Below are positions 43,567 to 57,000 of a stretch of DNA of 64,000 nt, piece by piece. Under the pieces are notes generated by a model, which worked only from the letters and a program-made list of their open reading frames with translations, searched no databases and was not told the origin of the DNA. Origin of the DNA: the human T2T-CHM13v2.0 reference genome, Homo sapiens; the NCBI RefSeq assembly GCF_009914755.1, contig NC_060926.1. One strand, given 5' to 3'. The position numbers and the translations under genes are program-made. Numbering within the stretch: the first letter of the stretch is position 1; each line of letters begins with the position of its first letter.

Positions 43567-44987
43567 AAATCATGGTCTTTGACTTTATTTAGTTACAGTG
43601 TTCCATGCAATCTGACCCCATGCACCTTTCTGATGTCCTCTTTTATTGCCCCCCTCCATTTTTTACTATGCTGTAGCTGCATTGGATATTTTCTATTTTT
43701 TGAACATTATATTTTAAATTAAATGCTAGACTAGTCAATCGAATATAGCCACCAACATTCTCTATCTCATTATTCTTTTATAATTTTCTTCATTAAAAGC
43801 ATCACAATCTTGTCTAGCCTTGACTTTTGACAATGAACCCAATTTTAATATGTAGTATTTTTGTATGCCAAACTGGTGTCTTGTCTCTTGTATACGTGGT
43901 AATGTTGATTTTATGACTACCATTAAAACACATTTGCTGTGATTAAAATTCATATGATGATTTCAAATGGAAAATTAAAGAAATTATCACCATCTGATAT
44001 TTATCTTTTTGTTTTTTTTAATTACTATTGCAGTAGAATGTTAACTCTATCAAAGTAGAAACTTCACCTATCTATTCTCTACTATCTTTCCAGAGTTTAG
44101 AACAGTCTGGTATATAGTAGACATTCCAACAACTTTCAAATAATTCTAACAAGAATTCAGGAAAATATATGTGAATAGTGTGTGACCCAAAGTACATTAA
44201 CTATTATTGTTTTAAGTTATTTTTTCACTGGTATCACTATTTGTATTAATAATGTTATAAGTGGTTACAGGTAAAATAGTAAGTACAACATGTGTATGTG
44301 TTAGGAAGACTGTAGTTCTCATTAAAATGTTAATGTAATGGGGGCATGTGTTTAGCTTTATTCCATGTGTGTGATGTTGGCTTTCACTAACATCTAACAA
44401 AGTTAGTGGCTTTGTGGCTAACTTTGTAACTAACTAAAAAGTTAGTGGCTAACAAGTGTTAGTGGCTTTCACTAACACTAGCAAAAGCTTGGATGTGGGA
44501 AGGAAGAGCATCCACTTGCTTCACACAGCCATGGGCAATGTAGCGTTCTGTAACAGCCATCTGGGACAGGTCCTAAATTGAATACATGTCAGCCATGTGA
44601 AGCTGCATCCCACCTAGTTGATTTTCAGACCCGCTACCACCAAATGTCCCATTCTCTCTCCCTGCTTCCAGCTTATTGGTTTGCCCCATGCTTCCAGCCT
44701 CAGGCATCTTCTCAACCTTTCCCCAAGGAAAGCCCTCAGTGGTCCCCAGGAAGGCCTTCACCACTATTGGCGAAAAGATTTAAGGAAATGAAAGAAACCT
44801 GTCTCCACAAAACACATAAGGTTGCTTCATGAAAGAGAATGATTAGCTTTAGAGATTTTTCAGCTCAAAAAGAAAACATGTTACCTTGTTTTAGATACTC
44901 ACATTAAAATGAAACCTAATGTATGAACAACAATAACAAAAAGATTATTCCAGCAGTATACTAAGAAATAGATTCTTCATAGTTTAC

Positions 44988-45249
44988 GTGGACCCAGTGA
45001 CTTTTGTAGGTGCTGAGCAATTCTATTTTTGTGGGCCCCTTTCTCAATAAAAATTATCAAAAATATATTTTCTGACCATATTAACTGACATAAAATGAAT
45101 GTCATTACATATTAAAAATTTTTTCTTTATCTAAAAGTTTCTTGCTTTCCCTTCAGATTTTAAAATAAATTAAAATCTTTTCATAGGCCTCTAAAAGAAG
45201 GGAGGCTCAACTGCTGTGCTTACAGTGCCTAATGGATAAGTTGGCCCTG
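44988..45249 (-). mobile_element. hAT-Tip100 MITE (ORSL-like)
   Basis: End 'gtgcctaatggataagttggccctg' is the reverse complement of the 'cagggcc.acttatccattaggcac' terminus; internal 'gtgggcccctt'. Confidence 0.7.
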
Positions 45250-46759
45250 CTCAAATGAGAGGAAAATATTTTGAATGCAGTTTGTCTCTCAAATGGCTAA
45301 ATCATTCTTCAAACCAAGCACTATAGTTGTGTCTCACAGAGTTTTTATGGTTTTCCATATCACTAAATAATCATTTAACATGTACTTAGAGCACTTAGAA
45401 CACAAAAGACAAGGACTGTGGTTGCCCAGATTACTAGAAGAGCTAAATTGAATATATTTCTCCAACCAAATTAAAGCAAAATTTTAAAATAATCAAACAT
45501 GTTGCTATTTAATATCCCTGAACATATGGGTTCACAAGAGCACTCACTGATTTTTTTTTGGTAGGATCTTTAAAAACTAGAAAGATCCACATAAAAATAA
45601 ATGTTATATCTTGGTCCATTAAAAATTAATATGGAATTGGCAAACCAAATATTGTATTATAATGATTAATTACTCTTCCTTTTTCCCTACTCTTCCTGCA
45701 GTTATTCAGACAGGGTTTCATATACTCTGTCCTACCTCCTTTCCCCAATTTGCCCATAGGGAGGATAGCTATACATTCCAATGAGCCTTTGGAATTCTCT
45801 GTTTATCCTTTTGCCCCAGTACCTCCCTTTCACTCTTACAAGTTAGACAATGAATCATAGTCATCCTATCTATAGTGACTCAAGAGTTTGTTCTTTCAAT
45901 TCTATTTATATTCTCGTCAAATTAAACTATTTTAACAGCAGAGAAAGATAAGGAAGCTATCTGTACCAGATTAAATCCCTTGAAACATAGGTCTGCATAT
46001 GTAAGTTCCAGATGCAAAAATTACCATTCACTTTCCATTGGTTATACAATAAAGTTCAATATAAGAATGTCCTTAATCTGATTTTAACCTCTGAATACAC
46101 CATACTCTCTCCTATCTAATCTATTTACTGTTCTCCCCACTTACTTTTCATCATACTCTGACTCTCCCCTCTCCTAGATATTTCAGATGAAATATTCTGC
46201 CCATCCCAGGCCCAGCCCCAAAGAGCGAAATCTTAAAAGCTAGCCTATCCTGCCAGGATCCCAAGAAGATCTTTCTCTTCCACCCTCTCCCCCAACTGTG
46301 AAGGGCTATTATCTGATAATTCAATTTTTCCTCAACATTGATAACCTGCTTTATAGGTAGAAAATAGATAAGTGTCTATATAGTTATTTCAGAAATTTAG
46401 TTGTGTCTAAACTATGTCTTCTTCTACCTCCTGAAATATTGTTGGAGCTTCATCAAACATATTCTTAAATTAACCTTCAAATACCCCTGAGAGGGAAAGT
46501 TTTTAAAGTTTTTGTCAACAATTTATAACCTAGTGTAAGTTAAAATTTTGAAAATAGGTTTTAATACGGAGAATGGAGGCCTAAGTTAAAGGAAGGGAAA
46601 AACAGTATCTTGCCAAAAGAAAATTATTTTGATTTCTAGTCTAGCTAACTCAATAGCCCATGAAATCTTTACCTGCTAGAATCAGCTTTGAACCCATTTA
46701 AAAATATTCCTGTGTTGTGGAGGCATCCAGCAGAGTGTTTTAAAAAAATGTGCACTAGA

Positions 46760-46930
46760 GTCTTTGAAATGTGGACACAAACACGGATTCTGCCATTGAT
46801 TTGCTGTAAAACCTTGTGCAATGTAAGAAAGTTCTCTAAGCTTTAAATTATTTAATCTGTAAAAGATGATCATTCTTAACTAAAATTGTTATAAAGATAT
46901 GTGAAAATAACCTTACTATCGTGCCTAGTT
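46760..46930 (+). mobile_element. MIR SINE
   Basis: 'ggattctgccattgatttgctgtaaaaccttgtgcaa...tctgtaaaagatgat...ttgttataaagat'. Confidence 0.6.
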
Positions 46931-47329
46931 TACCCTGATTTCAGTGAAAAACTAAAGACCCTTCCCTTTGCCACTTTTCAAAAAAAAGAAAAAAGAAAAA
47001 AGTAAGACATCACAAATGTATCAACATTAGAAGAAAAGAAAGATATGTAAAACTAGAGCAATTTACAGGGCAAAATATCTGACTGGAAATAAACAAGTTA
47101 GGTAAAAAATATTCCAGACCCCACCTATAGAGAAACCACTGTATTTTCTCCATCTTTCCCATTCTGGGAATTTTAATCTCTGGAGGAAAAACAAAATGAA
47201 ACAAAAACAAAACAAAGAAATTCTGGGATTCAAGCACAGGAGATGATGGGAGAATGCCACCACCATGTAAACAGTGGACTAAATAAAAGTTCCCACACAT
47301 AAGGGTAAGTTCAACAACCTTCTTCTCAT

Positions 47330-48790
47330 CCCACTTTCAGTGTATACAGCTAAGCTTGTATTACCTTACATACCCTGAAAAAAAGCAAGCTGGCCAGCAG
47401 GCTGTGCACCCTCTAGCAAAATGGTCAATTGGCAGTCTTCCCTTTGCAAAGTAAGTTTTCAGTCAGCATAACCAACAACCATCAGATATTTGCAAGAAGA
47501 TCTGAACAAAAGATCTTGAAAAAAAGGAAACATCAAAATAAATAGGAAATAAAAATAAAGATAATAGAATTGTGGAAAATATAATGTCATCAGTAGGTTA
47601 AGAAAATAGACAATATTGCATTCATACAATATAAAGATAGAATGCCATTGAAAAAATTAGAGAACAAGACATGGGCCGTACATTTCAAAAATATTTTTAA
47701 AATTAAAAATCAATATTAGAGTTAGAATATAAGCTCAAGGAAATATCTTAGAAAGAAAAAAAAAAGCATGATAAGTTGGATGAGAAAAGGTAAAACAATT
47801 AGAGGATCAAATCCAAAGCTCTAACATCTGACTAGTAGAAAACACAGATGGTGAGAGGGAAATTATTTTTAAAAAAAATACGTAAGGAATTGTTCCTGAA
47901 TTAAAAAATATATATATTTCAGATATGTACCCAGTATGAAGAATGACAAAGATTCATGCCAAAGTACAAAATCATAAAATTTCAAAATGTCACATATTAA
48001 AATTAGATTCTAACTGCTTCCCAAGAGAAAAACAAAACACTGTCCTTTAAAGAGGTTAATATACAAGGGATCAAGAATCAGAGAGATATGCGACTTCTTT
48101 GAAGAAACACCGGGAGCTAGCAAACAATGGAATAAGTATGGTTAGGGGACAGATATTTAAGATGGAGAAAGCATCAAACAACTTACTTTCCAAGAACTCT
48201 TTCTCAGAAAGCTTATTAGAAAATTTACTCCACAAAACTAAAGAAGTAAAGCAAGAGAGAAATAAAGGTAATTCCAGAAGACAAGTATTAGCTATTAGCA
48301 GGCCTAGATTGAAAACCATCAAACCAGATTTGAGATGGGGCCTTCTGAGAAAGAAAGAACTGAGAAATAAAGTTGACAAATTCAAAAATATGAAGGCATA
48401 GAAAATTGTACTAAATATTTGACAGTCATGGGGAGATTTAGCTGTGAGTACAAAGAAATTAAGCAAATTAAAAATAACAACATGTAGGGCCCAGTGGTGC
48501 ATACCTGTAATCCCAACACTTTGGGAGGTTGAGGTGTGAGGATGGCTTGAGCCCAGGAGTTTGAGACCAGCCTGGGCAACATAGTAAGACCTCATCTCTA
48601 CAAAAACAAAAAAATCAAAAACTGAGGCAGAGGATTGCTTGAGCTTGAGCTTGAGCTTGGGAGGTCAAGGCTGCAATTGGCTGTGATCACACCACTGCAT
48701 TCCTGCCTGGGTGGCAGGGTAAGACCCTGTCTCAAAAAAAAAAAATGAAATTTTTTTTAAGGAAAATTATCAAAAGCTATGCAAGAAAAG
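47330..48790 (+). mobile_element. HAL1 (half-L1) remnant, interrupted by AluJ
   Basis: Degenerate ORF1-like sequence ('attagaggatcaaatccaaagctctaacatctgacta', 'tacaagggatcaagaatcaga') followed by HAL1-type 'ctctttctcagaaagctt..tagaaaatttactccacaaaac', with no ORF2. Confidence 0.6.
48487..48745 (+). mobile_element. AluJ with deletion of the start of the right arm and a (GCTTGA)n expansion
   Basis: 'gcttgagcccaggagtttgagaccagcctgggcaacatag', 'gaggtcaaggctgca' and poly(A); (gcttga) x ~4 at 48637-48659. Confidence 0.9.
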
Positions 48791-51473
48791 AACTACTCCC
48801 GCTGAGTTGGTCTGCCTCCATCACATCTTGGAATCAGAGCTTTTTGCTCTGAGCTGGAGGATGATTAGAACTTTAGGCTACCTGCCCAGCAGGAATTTCA
48901 GAGGTACAGGCCAGCCCCCTTCACACTGATGAATTTCCATTTATCTAGGCCTTCTCTAGCCTTTAACTTCTGAGCATAAGTGAGCTCCTGTTTGGGAGCT
49001 TATAATAATCTCATAAAGCCACTCTTGTCTTGGTTTTCAGCTGACTGGCTTTCCCCACCACTAGCAAACTGTTCTATCTTCATTCCAGTTTATTAAAATT
49101 GGTGAACTGTGTGCCTTTTAGCAGAGGAAGACCAAGTCCTTTTTGGTTTAATTTTCATAATTTCACTTTATCTTTATATATTATCCAAAAAATGTGAAAA
49201 GAATTGAAAAAAAAATTCTATGACCAGTTGAGTCTTCATTTGATGCCTTGCCTTTGGTAGAATAAATAATTTCAAGATTGCATACCTGGGTGTATGAGAG
49301 CTGGGTATGTGGAGCTCCCTTCCAGGTAGTTGTCTTTATTTCCTATGTCCTTTCATTCCCAATTTATGTTTGGTTCCACGGAATTAGTGCCAGGAAGTTA
49401 CTAAAATCCTGATTTCCACTAACATTAAGTCATTGTGCAAATACAATGGGGGACAAATAGTCCAGTATTTCTAGGTTCAACTGGGATACAATTGGACTGA
49501 AATGAGAAGCAGGAATGCACAATGTGAAAGAAATTATGGGAAACCAAGAGCTTTAATCTTGACTATCTTCTAGCAACATAAAAGAGAAACACATGTACAT
49601 TGATAGCAATTGCAATAGACAATTTAAAACAAAATCAGTGTGCCCCTACCCAAACATCTGGCCATGGATAAACCCAATGTTGTAATAGTTTGGACAAATG
49701 AGTCCTGGTCCCTTTCTATTTGCTAGTTGCATCCCTTACCTTATTATGAGACCTACCTCTCTATTAAATTACTTGTCTAACTAGTCAACTTGCCATTTCC
49801 TTGTAAACTGGCTAAACATTGAGAGTGGTGAACTTGCTGAATTGCACTGACTGTCTTAATGGAGGTTTCTGGGAGAATATTATGAAAGGTTGAAGGTAGA
49901 TTTTACAGTCACTAAGTCCGGGGTGAATATAACAAGAATCCATTGTAGAAGTGGACATAGGCTCCCAGGAACCACATTACTTAGGCTATGCTATCGGCAA
50001 ATGGCCATATGAATCCACCGGTGGTCCTGTAGTGGGTGACTTGCTGAATGGGCACTACCATCTGCACATCCAGATAGATACTTGACACGTATTACCCTCA
50101 AATTCCTGTGAAGTTGACTGCAGCACAGCAGGTGCCATGGAATAGCTTGTGCTCCTTAAATTCATAGCATGTTCAATGTTCAAGGAGTTAATTAAAAAAT
50201 ACTCTCCAGATTTACACATTTTCTCAGAGTAGATCAAAAGAGGGTTTGGAAATACAAGCCTAAAGTAAATAAGACCAACTGCTGATTTTTCAATTAGGTT
50301 ATGTTTCAGGGATACAAAATTACATATTCCTTTCCTATGCACATCCCCTGCACTTTTTAAACACAGAGCAACCCATTATTAAGCTATTAATCACCTCTTC
50401 CAATTAATTGCTAGAAAATGACCCAGATTTTAGTAGTAGTGTTGCAATTGAAAAGCTCTTTGATATTTGGCAAGGTAAAGTTACAGGCAGTAGTAATTTG
50501 AGACAGTGAGGCTATTAGCTGCTGTTTAGAATCTCAATTACTCTAAAGATAGATAATTACAAATAAAACAAACTTGTTCTCCTACATTAGTAAGTGCTTC
50601 TCTTTTGCTTTATGAAATTTCAGTGATTTTTTCAGCCACTAAATATAATTTCCATGTGAAAAATTGACCTTAACAGTTTGAAGTATAGCTACAAGGAGAA
50701 GCCGTGTTTTCATCGAAGAGAATAAATGCATTTCCTGAACTCTGGCTGTTAAAGCTAATTGATTTATTGGCTCTCTATATAGTGTGCTATTGTCTTTATG
50801 CTCTTGGGATATGAAAACTCTTCAGAAAAGAGCTAAATTCTACCACATCAATATGACAGTTGAAGCACACCTCTCCTTTCTGTAAGTGCAGGGTTCCTTG
50901 CACCTTAAAAATAAGAAAGAAAATCTCTTTCCAGGATAAGTTGGAGCTAACTGAATGCTGCTGCATCCCTTGGCTTATGGAATGTGTACTTTTACTGCTT
51001 TAATGTTCCTGAGAAGTTAATAGTGTGGGGGTTCTTTTCTTTTTAATCATATTCCTTTCACAGTAAAATATTTATTCAAGCAAATGTAAAGTACTTGTCA
51101 AAATATGAGAATATGAAATTTCCATTTTTAGGTTTCTTAAACACAGCAGTGATACAAAATATAAAGTGATGCATTTTCCCCCAGGGCTAGTTTTTAAATT
51201 CATTAAATTACCAAGTATGTTTTTGTTTTATTTCCCTTCTACCTTTTGGTTGCTATATAAATTACTCCATATGAGAGAAGTTTCTCAGCTACAATTGATC
51301 TCAACATTGTACAATCATCTGCATAAAAAGTTATGAAGTCAAACAAATAAAGTGAAAAACACAAACACTGAAATGGTTCTATCTAGATGTTCCCTTAACA
51401 TGAGGTATAGTCAACAGACTGATGATGCCTTTAAGAAGAATCTCAGTTCAGAAAGCAAAACAAGGGTGAGCAT

Positions 51474-51590
51474 TTTATAGCACGTGTACATCTATCAGGC
51501 TGACACCAAAGGCCATGGAATACTGATGGAATGATTCCAGGTTCAAGGTATCCTACACAGCCTGCAGGCCCATGGGCCACCAGTGAGAAA
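51474..51590 (+). repeat. Inverted repeat arm 1 (117 bp)
   Basis: Ungapped match to the reverse complement of 52907-53023, 96/117 identical by hand count. Confidence 0.9.
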
Positions 51591-52426
51591 ATTTCATCTT
51601 CCCCTCTTCCAAACCTACCCTTTATATAGCTGTTGATTTGGGTTGGTAGGAAAGATTAGATGATAGGTTTGTTTTTTCTTAAAAGTTTCTTTACCTCCAA
51701 CAATATATACATAATAGTATTGTATATAAAAAATATACTGCATAAAAATATTTTTTCTCTCATAGTAAGAGCATTAGTATATGATTTGCTAATGTCACCA
51801 TCATGTTTGGCCCAAGTGCCTGTTAAGACTATATGCTGACTACTATCAGAAATAGAAAAATAAAGAGAAGCATACATATGTTCAAAGGAAATTAATAAAA
51901 CAAATTTCCCTTGCTTGTCAAGAAGGTCTGAATAATAGCTGAAAAATAAGTTAATTTATTTAAGAAAATATGACTTCTCTTTTAGACATTCATGTTTGGG
52001 GGTTATTTCTCTGTTCTCCACCACCAGAATGTATTACCCACCAATTTTCCCTAGATAAAGTCTTCCACAATATGTAATTGTTGTCTTTTTCATAGTAGCA
52101 CATCTTTAGAGCAAACCAGTAGAGTGCTGCTTCCATTTAAAAGGGAGAAATGTTACTAAGTAATTCACAAATTGAAATTGTCTTTCTGAATGCAGAAAGC
52201 TATGCAGCCTTCATTTGACATCAACAGTTTTGGAACAGAGAAAGTTCGGAATTTCAATTAATTTAGTTTGAACAATGTAAGTTAGTTTATGTGTTGAGAT
52301 AAGGACAAGACAAAGCTTTATTTTGAAATAGGAAGTTTTATCAATAGACTGCAAATGTTTTCTGAATGGCCATTGGAAATAGGGGGTATGGGCATATGGG
52401 ATACCATTTAAGAATGGATATATTCC

Positions 52427-52793
<367 letters not shown>

Positions 52794-52853
52794 TTAATAT
52801 TCACTATTAGATTATAAAAACATATGTTCACTATTAGATTATATGTATAATCA

Positions 52854-52854
52854 C

Positions 52855-52889
<35 letters not shown>

Positions 52890-52902
52890 AACATATATAT
52901 AT
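52854..52902. repeat. (TA)n(CA)n compound microsatellite
   Basis: Direct reading. Confidence 0.9.
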
Positions 52903-52906
52903 AGTG

Positions 52907-53023
52907 TTTCTCACTGAAGTCCCAGGGGCCTGCAGGCTTTGTGGGATACCTTGAACCTGGAATTATCTCATCAGTATTCCATACTCATTGGTGTCAGTCT
53001 GACAGGCTTACACACACTATAAA
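52907..53023 (-). repeat. Inverted repeat arm 2 (117 bp)
   Basis: Reverse complement of 51474-51590; embedded between copies of 'ttcactattagattata'. Confidence 0.9.
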
Positions 53024-53359
53024 TATCATTCACTATTCACTAACATATATTCACTATTAGATTATATATATAACATATTTATATATATTAGCATATATTC
53101 ATGCAATTATTTCCAGAGAGCCTGGCAAGATGAGTCATCAGAATTTTGCAGTGTAGTTAAAAAGAGAAAGCTTACAATCAGATATTCTGCATTCAAAGAT
53201 ATTCCGAATTCTATGTATATTGTGGGTCACATTGGTTAGTAATCCCACTTCTTCATATCCATCATAATGTTGGCTCAAAAAGTCAGAGATGGAGTGAGGT
53301 ATCTGCCAATGATGAGTATTCCCCCAAATTTACCTTTACAGTATTTTCACATTTATTGA

Positions 53360-53480
53360 CTCTAGTGTTTTATTGTATCTTATAAATCTTTGCATCCGTA
53401 GAAACTTTCACAGTGACCAACACATTGTAGTACCTAAGTAAACAGTCAATGACTAAGTGAATAAATGAATAAGTGAATCT
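53360..53480 (+). mobile_element. L2 3' end fragment
   Basis: 'tctttgcatcc...cacagtgaccaacacattgtagtacctaagtaaa...gtgaataaatgaataagtgaat'. Confidence 0.55.
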
Positions 53481-53628
53481 CAGCATTTCCTCGTGATAAA
53501 ACACTAAGCACAAACTGGGATGGATTACAGACTTTTCTGAGACCATGCCTTGGTGCACATATGGGAACCCTTTGCTTCACCCACCATTGGAGAAGAGATA
53601 TCTGCAGATGCTCTGCAAATCTCTGACT

Positions 53629-53677
53629 ATGTGTATGTGTGTGTGTGTGTGTGTGCGTGTATGTGTATATATACACA
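53629..53677. repeat. (TG)n microsatellite
   Basis: Direct reading. Confidence 0.9.
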
Positions 53678-53921
53678 CAAACTTGTGAATACACTATAAA
53701 AAGCAGCAAAGTTAATAGAAAAAAATCAGCCTCCATCCTAAGATTAGAATTCTTTTCTGGATTTTTCTGGTCCCATAATGTTCACAGTAATTATATGACA
53801 TTGACTATCTATATACATTATATCAGCTAGGTCCTTTCTATTTAGCACTTGATTCAAACTCTAGGATGAAACTCTATATTTCAGTATCTGTCAGATTATT
53901 TTTTTCCTAGACTCCTGCTTA

Positions 53922-54053
53922 CTTTCTCCTTTGTTTTTGAGATGATGTCTTGCTGTGTTGCCCAGGCTGGACTTGAATTCCTTGGTTTAAGTGATTCTCT
54001 TGCCTCAGACTCCCTTTTAGCTGGGACTACAGGTGGACACCACCATGTCCAGC
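53922..54053 (-). mobile_element. FLAM (free left Alu monomer)
   Basis: ~130-bp monomer 'tcttgctgtgttgcccaggctgg...agctgggactacagg...caccatgtccagc'; TSD 'gactcct(g/a)ctta' at 53910-53921 and 54057-54068. Confidence 0.85.
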
Positions 54054-57000
54054 AAGGACTCCTACTTAGGATGTCTCCTAGTCGGCTATCGACTGTTTCC
54101 ACATACCTTGTATATTTACCCTAATTTAGTGAATAGAACATGATGAATTGATCATAGTTTATCACATCTTTCAGGTCTGTATCAATTAGACTCACCATTC
54201 TCAAAAAAAATTATACTATTTTCTACCTAAATAAGCATTAATAGTCTCGCAGATACAAAGGAGAAACTAATCTGATCAACAAAAGTCTAAACTTGGCTGC
54301 TTTCATGTCTTCATAGATAATCAGAAAAAACAAATTTTTATTTATGAATTACAGTAAAGTACCTAAACAGGTAGCCTCTACTGACAAATGAGTGAGGAGG
54401 TACAGGACAAAGGTTTCATGGTATATCCACGGAAACCCAAACTAAAGCATTTCCATTTCCAGTGTTACTTTCTTAGTAACTATCCATTCTTGGTGAGACA
54501 AAGAGTTTGTTGTTCAAAGTGATGACAAGTGACATGTACTAAGCAACACACAGAAGCGTGAAGATCCAGAATTAAAAAAAAAAAAAAGAAAAGGCAGAGG
54601 TATGGCAAAGCAGAACACTTCAAATCTCCTAAAACAATTTTAAAGTTCTTCTGTGATCATACATGACCAAGACTTATGTTAACCTAATAATGCATAATAT
54701 TCAAGTTCCCACCTAATTGGGCTTGGACAATGCCCCTCTAACACAAAAGATCACTTTGCAGAATATGCACAGGCAATAATTACAATTTGCAGGGAAATGG
54801 CAATTCAGGAGAAAAAGTATCAATTATATTACTTTGAGTAGTTGTGAGTCTTTGTCATCCATTTTTGTCAAACTTTTCAAACAAGTCTGAATATTTTCAC
54901 ATAGGTATAGGGAGCCTATTGCTTGTCTGCTTGTTCTATCCTTCCTCCATGAAATTGGTAATGAGGCCTACTCCCATTGGTACAGTACATAGAGAATGAA
55001 TTGTTTGACTAAGTCAACCAGAATAAGATGTCCCAAGAGCCTGAGAAAGTTTAGAATAGTATCTCAAAGAAATCATTATTCTGCAATCACTTAACTGAAT
55101 TTCATCTTTTTGGTTTGTTAGGGAGACTGGAACAGGTGTTAATATCCACATATTACATATGTGTATATTACATATCCACAAGAGGAAGAGGAAGAACAAG
55201 AGGCAAAGAAAGAACACAGATCAACCCTGACTGTACATGTCTGCACATAATCCACTGCCCTATCCACTTTTCTACTCAGGCCATGTGGGTTTAAAACCCA
55301 GCCCCGTAGCAAGTTTTTAAAAAATACGAATTTAGAGAAATTATAAATATCAGGAAAAAAACAGGGTGTTTGTTCGCCACCAAATTTTACATATTTTCTT
55401 AGAATTTTGAGAATAAATAAAAGGAAGTTTGTTCAAATCCTATTTCATTTACCTGTTCCTTCAGTGCAAAGGGAAATAGCAATCCTGTGCAAAAATGGCC
55501 ACTCCTGCCTTCCTAGCATTCTTATGTGTTATAAAGCCCTTTATAAGATCTGATACCCAACTGAGTACTTCCTTTCACCATTAACTCCTTAAACCATGAA
55601 TATTTAAAGCAAACAAAGTTTAAACCCCTTACTCTTTTCACAGTTAGTATCTATAATCCCTTTTTCCAGACTAGGTATTTCTAAATCGTGTTAAATCTTT
55701 CATCTTCCTTCTGGTCAATTTCAAGGTTTTTATTGAATCAAATGCAATTTTTTTATACCAGCGTTTCTTTTGCTTTTAGACATTTCTACTGGCTTAGCAA
55801 GAGCTGTTCAAATTAGGTGATTATTTTATATGTAGTACCTTGATTTAAGCAGTCTTAATTTTTGGACAATAATCTCCAGGTGAATCATTAATTTATCTCT
55901 TTATTTTTAATGCATGGGACAATTAAAATTTGTCCTGAAAAATTAAGGATATTTTCCTTTTGTGGAATTTGAAAATAGTTTGATTTTTCTATTTTGGCAA
56001 ACAACTCAAACTCTATTTTCAATAATCCTAAAAGTTAAGAAGGCAATAAATGGATCCACAATTAAATATTACATTTTCTTCTGATAAATTGTTGAGGAAT
56101 AAACTAAAATCAATATAGTTGCACTACATTGATTTTATAGTACAGTGATTCCATAACAGGGTTTTTTTCCTCACCTGAAATAATTTTATTTTCTATAAAG
56201 TTATAAAATATTGTATATCAGACTTTGTTATTTATTTCTCTTAAATCATAAAACCAAAGGAAAGGTAAAGAGGAAGAACAGTTAACCTCTGGTGACCAAA
56301 GGTACACTTGATCTGTTATTTTGTATTCTATACTCTTCAAAAGAGCAATATAAACAGAATTATTTATGCCCAGCAAAATGTTGCTTAATTACTTATGCAC
56401 CACTGTTTGCTTGTATTTTAAGCTCTCTCTACCACCCACAGGCAGACGTTAAACAGCTGCTAAAAGCTAGCTTTAGTCTTGCCTGTTTGAAATTAGCATA
56501 CTTGAGCTTTGAAAAAACTTTGTTACCAATTTACATATGCATAGAGACTGATATTTAGACTCACCATATGATATGTCCCTCAAGAGCTTTTCTTATTGCC
56601 TCCATCCTCAGGTCTCAACCTAGAGACTGTAAATCTAGCAGGTGATTAATTCTATACCCTTGAGAAACTAGCAATTAGCACTTGCAACCAGTAAAAAATT
56701 GTCATTTCAAAACCCTGTTTACTATGCCCATGTATTTTCTATGAACTCACAGTTAACTCTAAATAGATGGGTATGGCAATATCTGCAGACATTTCTGTCT
56801 CTTTATGTAAAATATAATATTGCCACCAGCTAATCAACCTATTAAATATATATAATTGACATTCCTTTTTAAATATAAAATAGCAAGATGTAGCAAGCAT
56901 GGAAACACTATACATGATGTTTTATGTTACTAAACCTTAATCAGTTCATTTCAACATGACGACTTTGTAGGGTTTACCTGTTCTGTGTCAATTCTTATCT

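Noticed and set aside
44378-44477. Short repeats with spacers as a CRISPR-like array
   Set aside because: The DNA is eukaryotic, the repeats are only 10-15 bp and irregularly spaced, and the spacers are themselves copies of the flanks.
48071-48595. 174-aa minus-strand ORF
   Set aside because: The N-terminus is antisense Alu translation ('[12 protein letters not shown]') and the rest is antisense HAL1; there is no coding signature.
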